A stretch of 64,000 bases of DNA, from positions 407,059 through 471,058 of the forward strand of contig CAWDSS010000010.1 of the NCBI GenBank assembly GCA_963805065.1, read 5' to 3'. This DNA is from Candidatus Omnitrophota bacterium (lineage in GTDB: Bacteria; Omnitrophota; Gorgyraeia; Gygaellales; Profunditerraquicolaceae). How positions within the stretch are numbered: the first letter of the stretch is position 1; the number at the start of each line of letters is the position of its first letter. Positions 50,296 to 61,400 of this stretch are shown piece by piece. A program made the position numbers and the translations under genes. The notes beneath the pieces were generated by a model. It was not told where the DNA came from. It did not search any database and saw nothing but the letters and a program-made list of their open reading frames with translations.

Positions 50296-51594
50296 TTATC
50301 TTCTTTTGGCTAATTCTCTTTCTTTTATTGCCTGCGTGAGGCTAGCTACCTCTTCGGGGGTCTTTTCTCCGAGGATAATGGATTGTATGCCTTTGTCCCA
50401 CGCTTCTATGACTGCAGAAAATTCTGAAACGCCCCAAATATTCGGGTGCGTTGAATATTCCATGCCGTTGGCAAATTCCGATAAAATATCGGATATTTTA
50501 GTTGCGCTGTTTTTATTAGCCGGCAGGTTATTGGTTGTTTCAGCCAAAAATGCCTGCTGGTTTGTGTCGGTAAACCACTCTAAGAATTTAACTGCCTCTT
50601 CCTTGTTTTTAGAACGCGCGTTAACCATAAATGAGGAGCCCGCACCTCCCCAAATCGCCATAGGATATTTATCCGATTGCTTGGGGGGAAGAAACGCTGC
50701 GTACTCTAAATTGGGATTCATGCCTTTGTAAACATTAACGCACCATGAGCCATTAAAGGCAAACACTGCTTTTTCATTGGCAAACAGCTGCTCTGCGGTC
50801 TTATTGACCATAATCAACAATTCTCCCGAAGCCAGCCCTGCATCCCTCATATTCTTAAAGATGGTTAAAACCTGAATCCAGTCAGGGTCAGTATAAGGAA
50901 CTTCGCCTCTTATTGTCGCTAAAACTTTATCCTTGCCCATAATATTAAAGGCGTAATTATTGGCAAAGCAGTCAATCATCCACAGCTCTCCCCATCCGGA
51001 AACAAAACCCTGCAGATTAGCTTCCTTGATTTTTTTAGCCATATCCAGGAATTCCTGCAGGGTAACAGGAGGTTTTTTGGGATCAAGGCCAAGAGTTTTA
51101 AATAGATTCTTGTTATAGACCATTTGAATAGTCATCACGTCTATCGGTACACCGTAAATGCCCGGCTTTACGTTGTAACTATTTCCTTCAATAAATTCAT
51201 TTACTGCTAAGGCCTTGGCAAAGAAAGAGTTTTTCCAAGAGCCGCTATTTTCTTCCATAAAAGGGGTTAATTCCAGAATATGCCCGGCTTTGATAAAAGA
51301 GGCGAAATCTCTTTTTTCGCCTAAAATTCCAAAAATATCCGGGAGGTTTGTTCCCTGGGCAGCTGCGCGCACTTTCTGAGTGTAGGCATCAGAAGGGGCA
51401 TATAATTCAAAATTTACCTTTACTCCGGCCTTTGCTTCATACCTCTTTGCCAACTCCTGGAATGCCGGCTCTCTGTCTGTCATCCAGTGCCAGACAGTTA
51501 TAGTTGGTTTTGTTGCTTTCTGGCCGGAAGAACAGCCAATAATAGAAAATATAAGGACAAATAGCGCTAAACCCCCAATGCGTAACTTACCCAT
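50296..51594 (-). CDS. extracellular solute-binding lipoprotein, family 1 (sugar ABC transporter SBP)
   Basis: 432 aa; lipoprotein signal LALFVLIFSIIGC|SSG; SBP_bac_1-like sequence. Confidence 0.8.
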   Translation of the reverse strand: MGKLRIGGLALFVLIFSIIGCSSGQKATKPTITVWHWMTDREPAFQELAKRYEAKAGVKVNFELYAPSDAYTQKVRAAAQGTNLPDIFGILGEKRDFASFIKAGHILELTPFMEENSGSWKNSFFAKALAVNEFIEGNSYNVKPGIYGVPIDVMTIQMVYNKNLFKTLGLDPKKPPVTLQEFLDMAKKIKEANLQGFVSGWGELWMIDCFANNYAFNIMGKDKVLATIRGEVPYTDPDWIQVLTIFKNMRDAGLASGELLIMVNKTAEQLFANEKAVFAFNGSWCVNVYKGMNPNLEYAAFLPPKQSDKYPMAIWGGAGSSFMVNARSKNKEEAVKFLEWFTDTNQQAFLAETTNNLPANKNSATKISDILSEFANGMEYSTHPNIWGVSEFSAVIEAWDKGIQSIILGEKTPEEVASLTQAIKERELAKRR

Positions 51595-51726
51595 GTTTCT
51601 TTTGCTCCTTTCCCTAAAGATTTGAACTTAAAGTATACCACCTAAACACCGCCAAATCAAGGTTGTCAAATTAAATTGAATAAATCTAACATAAGTTTAA
51701 AGGCGGGTCAAGATTTTTATTGGGCT

Positions 51727-52431
51727 TTATATCGCTCTTAACACGCGAGATAAACCCATAAGATCGGCCTTTTCCAGGTTAACGCCTACCTTGTACTTAT
51801 TGGTATCCACCATTTTTGACCAGACTACTTCACCTCTGGTGTACAGCGGCTCGCCCTTATCAGGAATTTCAAGCCACATTTCCAAAGCAGTCCTGGGGTG
51901 TAATTGCTCATTTGCCGAGATACCAATACCTTTAGCGCTGACATCTTCAATTGAAGCCTGGCTCTCTTTATTTTCTCTAAGGTTTATAAACTTCACGGGA
52001 AAAGTCGCATTAAACCTGTCAAAAATCCTGCGGTCTTGAAATTTTTCTTCTTCCATTGTCTCACCCCCTTCAGGTATTGTGTCTTTCCACCATTGGTTAT
52101 TTACCAGACGAGGAAAATTGCTGCGCATAAACTTATAGATTGTTTCCTTATCCCCGTCCTTAATCTTATTGAAGCAAACGCCATGGATGTTGACGCTGCC
52201 TATTGTTTTATGCCAGGCTACCCACGCTTCTATATTTATAGCAGAAACGTCAGATAAAACAATAGTTAATTTCACAAACTCATCTTTCGGTAACTTCATC
52301 TGCAAAGCAAGGTTACAACCCAAGAAACTGATATCGCCCACAGTGCAGTCCGCGCAATTTTCAGCTCCCTGAAGCTTCACCTTAAGCTCTTTGTTTATTT
52401 TCCACCTCGCACAACGCCTTCGCCCTGTCAT
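51727..52431 (-). CDS. tandem PilZ-domain protein (two c-di-GMP-binding PilZ modules)
   Basis: 234 aa; module 1 RRRCAR ... DISFLG; module 2 RRIFDR ... DVSAKG (RxxxR plus D-x-S-x-x-G signatures); the ATG overlaps the stop of the giant ORF (ATGA). Confidence 0.65.
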   Translation of the reverse strand: MTGRRRCARWKINKELKVKLQGAENCADCTVGDISFLGCNLALQMKLPKDEFVKLTIVLSDVSAINIEAWVAWHKTIGSVNIHGVCFNKIKDGDKETIYKFMRSNFPRLVNNQWWKDTIPEGGETMEEEKFQDRRIFDRFNATFPVKFINLRENKESQASIEDVSAKGIGISANEQLHPRTALEMWLEIPDKGEPLYTRGEVVWSKMVDTNKYKVGVNLEKADLMGLSRVLRAI

Positions 52432-55400
52432 CTCACTCCTTTCTGTGGCTGGTAATAGGTTAAGTTTATATTAGGTAAAACAGCGGCATTAGCATGCAAG
52501 CCGCTATTGACAATCGGCAATAAAGTTCCATCTGTGAAATGCGAATTGTCAGCTGTGAATTGAATTGGTGAACTAGAATATTTCTCTTCCCAAACTCGAT
52601 CAACAAACTGAACTAGCCTGTTTATCGCATTCATATGCGAATAAAGGTATTGGTTTAACTTTGAAAATTCAACTTTATGCCGTGGATCAATAAACAACTG
52701 AGCTACTAATTCTGCGGCATCCTGACCAAATTCGTTTCTTGTAGAATCGTATGTGTATATAATATATTCTAAAATTCTGTAGGTATCTTCAGCCATAAGT
52801 TGCTTTGCAAAACCTAAAAGTTGTCGATCCAACGTGCCCTTGAAATGGCCATAAACTTGATAGATCCATATCTTGTCAAGCTGAATCAAATTTGTGAAAG
52901 AAATTGCTCCTGCTGTAGCCTGCGGCAATTCAGCCAAACTCAAAAACTCATTATATAATTCCTCCGGAACGAATCCCAAATTAACAATAGCAATATTAGT
53001 ACCGGAAAGTAAAGCAGGGCTATATTCTCCTTTGATTAAATCAATATAACGAATTCCGTATTTCTTCACTGTTTCTCGTAACGAATTAGATTCCGACCAA
53101 TCGTTAGACCTTCCGAAAGTAAAGAGAGTTACGTCTCTTTCTTTAAGATGAACTGCACTCTCTTTGGCTTGCGCAATAATCTGCAGGAACTGAACAAGAT
53201 GCTTCCAGGTAAATTCTTGGTAATAGGTCGTCCACAATGAACTAGCTATGCTATTTTTATCAAATGGCAGGGTTTTTAGCAATTGTCTCATCTTTAACTT
53301 TTCTAGGAAACACGCTTTGGCTTGTTGATTATCTTGAGATTTATCATTTTGCTCTTTTTTAACAAGCTCGGGGTTAAAGTATAAGCCAACGCCATTGCTA
53401 AAAAGGCCAGCTTCCAAATAAAAAGTCTCTGCATCCCTTGCCCCTCTAAGAGGAGAATGATAATCATCAACAATAATCTTTAAACGCCCTCCTAATCCAA
53501 AAGGAATATCATGATTAAACGAGACGATAAGATCAACCGGTGAAATTTGTTGCCGTTCCTTTTCGCTTGGATATTGAATAAACAAAAGACCGTCATTCTC
53601 AAAATAATCCCCAAAAGTCCTCTCCCGTCCAAAAAGAATCCTTTGAGCCTGACAAAACCCCCAATAGCTTAAATAGATTTGAATCGCTGCCTGCGGATAA
53701 AATTGTTTTATTGTCCGAGCAAGATTAAGGACAACGCCCGCATCTCCGTACCCTTGATCTTCCTCCGTAGACGGTAACGCAACGAGCCTTACAGACCTAA
53801 TTTCATCTTTGGCGACACTCCGAACCATTTTTACTTTTTTACCCTTCGCTCCCTTTTTTATCACCGGCGAGGCGGCGCGTTTTTCGGTTCTAGGTGTTAG
53901 GTTTTTGGTTATTGAGCTAGAACCAACAGACACCGGCGAAGAGACAAAACTTATACTCTGTTTGGCTACCTGGAAAGCTTTTTCCACATCAAGAAAAGCC
54001 GAGCCTTTATCGTCAATTTCAATTTCAAAACTATTTGAAAACACATCGAGAAGTTGCTCTATTTCTCCAGAAGTTAACTTCTCTGTAAGAAGATACGAAA
54101 AAACTTCACTTATATATTCGCCAAAAGCTGAAACAAAAACTCTATGGTTGTCAGTTGAAACAGTATCTTTATAAATAATAAGCTTATACCAGCGCTGGGC
54201 GATATACCTTAAAAGCTCTAAGTTTGAGACGTATTGCTCTAAATCTTCCTGTGCGAATGCCCAGGCAAGAGGAACGCCGTAATATAGAGTTTTACAGGGT
54301 GGCATATTTTCTGAAAGAAACTGCTCGCCGAATTTCAGCGTCGTTACAAAAACGTCGTCTTTTTTAACAAACAATTTTTTCAACATGGGTATCAATACTG
54401 TTTCTGCAAAATCAGTGAGAGTTTTTGATTTATTTAAATGGGCGATGAAGTCCTCTGTCGCCCGGTCAACACTTGAAAACAACCATTCCTTTTTCTCAAG
54501 GCGCTCTTGGACCTTCGGATCATAAAGTTTCCAAAGACGCACATAACTGTTAACGCGTCCATTAACCCTATAGTCTTCATAGAGCTCTAAAACCCGGGCA
54601 ATCGGCTCGCAGAAACCGTTAGGGTTAACGCTATCATTTAGGAGTTGTGTAAAAAACTTATCAATCTGCTTTCTATAAGCTAAGAGGATTCCGCAAAATA
54701 TTTCAAGCGGCTCAAAATTTTCACCAAGTTTCTCTAAGACATAGCTGGCATTATAATAGCCCTCAGGCGCAACCTCTAGGCCATCCAAATCAATGACAGA
54801 CGCATAATAGTAGCCATTTTTATGTAAAGCATAAGCATTATCTTCATGCGGATCGCGTAAAAATAACCCTTTGTTAAAGACGCGCCATAAATGAAGATAC
54901 ATGGCTACTTTCAGGCTGTTTTTCTCGAAAGAATTTAGATCCTCTGTTTCTTTGAGGTATTGCTCTGTCATAATGATGCGTTCTTTTTGAGTCCCGGGCT
55001 CATAGATAGTATAAGTCATTCCATACCAAGGATGATAATCTAAATCATATTTATGAAGCCTGTCGACCACGCAATCCATGAGGAAAGTAAAGTTAGAATT
55101 ATATTCATAGCCATCCAGCGTCTTTGTAACATACTCCCGGACGACCTTAAAAACAATGGGATACTGCCGTCTGCTTTCACCCTCTCCATACTCCAGAGTC
55201 ATTCTAAAGAGGCGCTTATAGTTACCACTGTCGTCAATGAGTTTAACCTCTTTGATTTCTATATCTTGGGGCCTAGCATGAATCTTAAAATTGATTCTAA
55301 ACGTATCAATCTTAAAATCAGGCTCTTCAGCTACCGCATAAAGCAAAGCCACATCCCTGAGATATCCTTTGCCATAACGCTCTAAGTTCTCATGTAGGGC

Positions 55401-58400
55401 TTCAAAAAATGCTTTCTGCTCTCTAGGAGAAAGGCCTTCCTCAAAAAATTCCCCCTGCTCTTTAAAGGTTCGCGTTAACAATCTTTGTTCGATCTCTTCG
55501 ACATTGTCAACATTCATGCTATAGAATTCTTTCGGATGGCCTGGTTTACAAATAGCCTTGGCGAATGCATTCAAATTGGAATCTTTAAAATTAAATTTAA
55601 CCGGCGAGCTAACCGTGTCTTCTGCACCATTTTTGCTGGTTCGGAATGCCGCCGCGAATCTTCCCAAGGAAAATTGATCACCAAAAAGATTACCGCCTGC
55701 TCTGTATCTGCGATAAATATCCAATACTTCGGCTGTCGAATAACAAAATCCGCTTGGATTAATAGCATCAGAAATCATTTTTTCAAAGAACTTCTCATAT
55801 TGATGGCCGTAAGCTAAAAGGATTCCGTAGAATACTTCAAGAGGCTCGAAATTATCCCCAAGTTTTTCAAGAACATGACTTGCATCAAAATCTGATTCGT
55901 AGCCCACTTCCAAACCGTCTAAATCTATCATCAAAGGATAATATTGGCCTTCCTTTTCAATAATCATCACATTCTCATTATGGGGAACACGAACAAATAG
56001 CCATCCTTCAAAAATCCTCCAGAAAATAAGATAGAGCGACACCTTTAAACTGTTCATCTCGAGCGCTCCTAAATCCTGAGTCTCATCCAAATATTGTTCT
56101 GTTAAAATCAAGCGTTCACGACCAACCAAAGGATCATAAAGAACATGGGTTGTCCCATATTTAGCATGAAAAGCGGGATTATATTTTTGAATCTTATCAA
56201 TAATGCAATTTACGACGTTCACAAATTCAAAATTATAGGGGTATCCGTTAAGAGTTCTTAATTTTTCGTCTCTAACAACCTTGAGAACTATAGGGCATAA
56301 TGCACCGCTTATTCTATCTTCCAAAATTAACTTAAAAACCCTTTTGAAAGTGCCGCCATCATTTAAGAAACTCAGTTCTCTCACGGCGATATCTTTGGGG
56401 GCCGCTATAATATCAGAAAACTTTTCTGAGCCATCTTTCTTAAAACCGCCTTTTTGGATCATGGAATAAATCAAGGCTACATCTTTAATTAAACTCTCGC
56501 CGCAACATTGTGCACGCCCTGTTTTTAGAACCTCCATAAAAACTTTTTGCTCTCCAAAGGAAAGCAGGCTTTCCCTAAATTCTTCATTAACCAAAGCTTG
56601 AATATCAGCAAGGAATCTATCCGGCTGAAGATTAATTGTTTCTTTAGCATGAGTAGTTATACAAAAAGATTTTGCAAAATCATTCATTGCCTGATCTTCA
56701 AAATTATATTCTATCCCTTTGTAGTTAGAATTTTTGTTGAAAGATAAACCGATTAGATTGTTTTTGACCGGCGAGCTGGATTCGGCTCCTTCATTTTTAG
56801 GCATCGGTCCCTCGGCTTGCAGCCTCGGGACTCCCTCGCCTCTCATTGGGCTCGTGCTCGGTCGCGAGGCGGCGCCTTCGTTAGTTCTCAGTTTCCGGTT
56901 TCTAGTTTTCAGATTATGATTCTCAACTAACAACGGACAACTGACAACAGACAACTGCAAAGCCGGCGAGGCGGCGTGGGGATTTTTTCCTGCCGGAGAG
57001 CTGCCAGATTTAGTATCTTCAGCCCACGCTTCTTGAACTTTCTTGATTCCCGAGAGGTCTTCTAATTTTTCCTTAAGCCTTGAGAGTTCTATTTCCTTAT
57101 CTACTTCTAACAACAAACCGTCAAGCTTCTGGATTATCCCAAACAAATCAACTTCAGGAAAAACCATTTCTTTTAAAATTGAAAGCAATTTTTTTCTTCG
57201 TAATTGCTTATCCGGTAATTCAGCTCCCGCTGCCGGTGAGCTAGAGAACAGCTGCCTGTTTATCTTAAGGCGTTCTGCAAGCTCTCTGGCCATCTGCCAA
57301 CGCCATTCCTGCCTATTTTGAGTCCCTTTATAGAAGAAACCTGTTATAGTAGTCCCTCTTTCTTTCTCGCTATCCATCGATAACAAAATCTCATAGCGCG
57401 GAATACATAAAATTTTAGCTATACCAACATATTTAGAAACAATCACCACGCTTTCTCTGACATGTTCTATGACAGAAACATCGGAATATTTACCTACGCT
57501 ACGAGTCAATCCCTCTCCTGCCCATCCCCCAATTCCGTTTTCCCTGTGCCATTCAACAGCCCTTTCGATAGGGATAAGCCGTCTTCTCTTATCACGGAAG
57601 CCCAATCCTGCATCATGAATGGATATTAAAACAAAATCATCAACCTCGCAGCGCACGATTAAACCCAGAGATCTCTTTGCGTGCTGGTTAGTGTTTTCCA
57701 CAGAGCACGCAGTAAATTCATTTTCATCGCCCCTTATCTTTCCCTTAGTGATAACCGGGATTGTTTTTGTTAAATTAAAATAATCATCCCGGAGGCTACA
57801 TTTGTAATCCAAGCCATCTATTTTACGGCTACTCATGGCAGCCCCAATAATCCATGTATCCATTCCTTCAAGCGCCTTCAATTCGTTTTTGACCACAATA
57901 AACTCTTTCAAATCTTTTTTGGGATTCAAAGCCATCCTCATAAAATTTCTTGCTTTTGGCACAAAAGAAAACACCCTCTCGTCTATCACCGATGAGCTTG
58001 CTTTAAGCGTAGTCGAAGGGAATAGTTGGACCTTTGGCGAGGCGGCGCATTCAGGCGAAGCAGGGTTTTTATCGAGAGGGGAACAGGATTGACTAGTTGT
58101 TTCTTTTTTCTCAAGTGAATTCACGCCAACAAACGAGTAGTACATATGCTCAGCATCCTCAATAGGCGTTTCAAGGATTCTTTCTTTCAAAGATGCGATA
58201 TACCTTGCGTCATCTTTTCTTTGCAGAATTTCTGCGGCTTCTTGTGCTTTATTTTCTCTGCCTAATTCGATGCTTTTAGCAAAAGTATATAAAATATCTT
58301 TTCCGTTTTTACCAAGCTTTCTTTCGATAAGATCCAGCCTCCCGTTAATAAAAGCCTCCCACAGCACTGGTAATCCTACGTGCTGTGATAATAAATCTAT

Positions 58401-61400
58401 AGCCTCTATAAGCCAGGCATGCCTGTAACGGGTTGAGAATTCCCTGCATTGGTTAAGTAAACTCAAAACCAGATAATCCACTAACGCAAGTTCAAAAAAC
58501 CTGAATTCCGATTCGCAAAAACCATCGAATAAGAGGCAAAGCGCTTCTCTCATTAGATACGGCTCTAAATCTAGCCCCTCAAATGAACTGCCATCGTTAT
58601 TCCAGCGAGAAGCAAGAATACGAGCTTGATAAGGTACTCGTATCACTATGCCATTAGACAAATGGCTCACAAACAAAACAATATGAGACAAGTCAATCGT
58701 GGAATTAAACGCCTGAGAAAGCCTATGAGAAACATTCCTTACGCTTTGTTTTTGAGCTTCATTTGGCTCTGTAATGTGACGTTGTGCCACTCTAAAGTAG
58801 GAAGCAAAAATGACCTTTTCCACATAAAATGCCATAATAAAGGCATTTTCTCTTTCGGCTTTATAATTATTTCTTGTTTTGCTGCGTTTTTCAAACCCCT
58901 TGATAAAATTCAAAATTGAAAACATATCTCTTTTGCGCAGATGACGAAACGCCTCTATGAGACCTGCTTTTGCAGCCTCAGGAGCCTCAACTTTATTTAT
59001 AATTTGTCGTATCCCCGTGCGATATAAATAATCTATATACCTTGCATCAGGAGATAAGTCATTGATATTGTAAGCGTTACCCGCAACAACGATACAACCA
59101 TCTCCGAAAGGAATATCAGCCCAGTCTGCCTCATCATAGCGAACAGTAAAAGAGAAAATGGTTTCCTTATCAAAGGTCATTCTTGCAAAATAGCGCTTAT
59201 CTTTCAGGTCATCGGGAACTAACCTCTTCATTACTACGGAATCCTGCCACTTCTCTTTAAATAAATTACTGTGGAGCCTTACATTAAGGTCTTGCTCACC
59301 AGGAATATTGGCAAAAATGAAGTTTTCTTCACCCACTAAATTAGCCTGTACTGTTCCCGAATAGGGGAAAAATCTTTTTTCCTCCAACAGAGCTAATAAA
59401 TCCAGGTAATCTCCTAGTTTCTGATTTTGAATAGCGGTTATCACTCTCTCAAAGTATGAGAAATCAGGAACCTTCTCAAGGAAAGTATTAAATCTAAATC
59501 CGCAAAGGTGCTCATATAAACCTTTACTTATTAATATGCCCATAATGTTATGTGCAGCACGAAGAGTTTTTACATTACCCTCAGCTATACGCATCAAATC
59601 AGGCAATATATAAACTTCATAATTATCAACGTTAGGGAACCGTTTGTAAAAATCAGCGATTAAATCTGGAACAGCATCTAAGATAGAAAGATTATAAGCA
59701 TATCTAAGCCATTCCCATCTTCGATCATAAAATCTATCGAGGTCGCGCTCAAGAAGGAGTAAACGATAAATTCTTTCTACAGCTTCTTCTTTATAAGGCC
59801 TTAATTGCTCTGGGCAATTATCATTAAATAATTGTTCGGCGGTTTCCCATTGCTTCCACTCTCTCTTCATTGATTTTAAGACAAGGCGGATAGAAGATAT
59901 TTCTTTATCTTTATTGAGTTTATCTACCCATATATGATTTACGCCTAAAGACTCTCTCTGCGGATTAACAGAAGTCAAAAGTTGACTGAAAAACCAGATG
60001 GCTTCAGGATGATATTTATCCTTCATATGAGGAATCGCCCATTCTATCATGATATCAATAAATGGTTTTTTGTTGATGTCGCCCAATATAGAATCGAAAG
60101 TGGGCTTTTCTTCATATGCATCATGATCATTGGTAAGAACGAGAGATTCAAGAGTAATAGTAAGGTTTATATTTCCTGGTTTGTTATGCGAGATTAATTC
60201 TTGGGCATCGAACTTTCTAGCCTCTTTGGTACTGAATTCGGCTGCTCCTCCTTGTGCGATTATTGAATTCACATTAAACCGCTCAGGATACTTCTTGTAT
60301 TGAGCAGTTAAGCCATATCGTTTTAGAATAGAGGTTAACTCAGCGGTACGATTAAGTGGAGGGAGCTTTATGTTATAGTTAATTTTCTCCGGAAAATATT
60401 TTTCTAGTATGCTTACCAAAACAGGCAAACTTCTGCCCCGTTTTTTAAATACTCCTTCGTGGTTAGAATCAAGAGAAATCACTAATATCACGTTAGAAGC
60501 AATCTGAGCCATAAAATGCTCAAGCTCTGTTTCTTCTGTAGGTAGAAAGAACCCACTGGTAACCACGTAAACTTTATCTATATTAGCGGCGATAAAATTA
60601 ACTATTTTAAGAAAATCAGGATACAACGTAGGCTCGCCTCCCAGCAACCGGACACTTGAAAATCCCCGTATGTCTTCGCTAATAAGTTTTTTGAGTTTCT
60701 CACAAGGAAAAATAGCACCCGGATTATGCTTCATAGCTTTTTCTGCACAGCAAAATGGACAGCCCAAACCACACCTGAAAGTCATTATAAGATTAATGTG
60801 ATCTTCAAAATCCAAGAAAGTGCGCAAAAGATCATATGTTATTGCAAATCGATATTCAGAATGTAATATCCTGTCTAGGATATCTTGCATTGTCTCAAAG
60901 CGCTTCCTTTCTTTATCCTCCATCACCGGCGAGGCGGCGCGGGGATTATTTTGCACTGGAGAACCGGATTCTTCAAAAACCTTACATAAGTTTATGATTT
61001 CGGTTGACCCCCAAAAATCAACCTTTTCAATTTCAATATTCGGTGATCCTAACTTTTCATTAACATATTTCTCGGGGTTGGCAAAAACTCCGGGCTTAGA
61101 AGGATCATGGCTTTTTAGAATAACAGCCAAACATCCATCGGGCGTAATACAAAGGCTTGAGTAGAACGGCTCTTGTTCTCTTTCAAAACGACTTCGCTCT
61201 AAAAGACCTAACTTTAATGCCATGGAAAACGCGCGTCCTTCATAAAAGATACCATGGATATTCTGCTTTAAATTGATCTCAAATTCTTCTCCCAAGGGAA
61301 CCCAAACCAACTCTCTTGTCAAGTTATTGAACGACTCTTTCAATGCATTACCACGTACACTAAAAGGCTGCAGTTCTCCTAATTCCCAAATAATCAGGTG

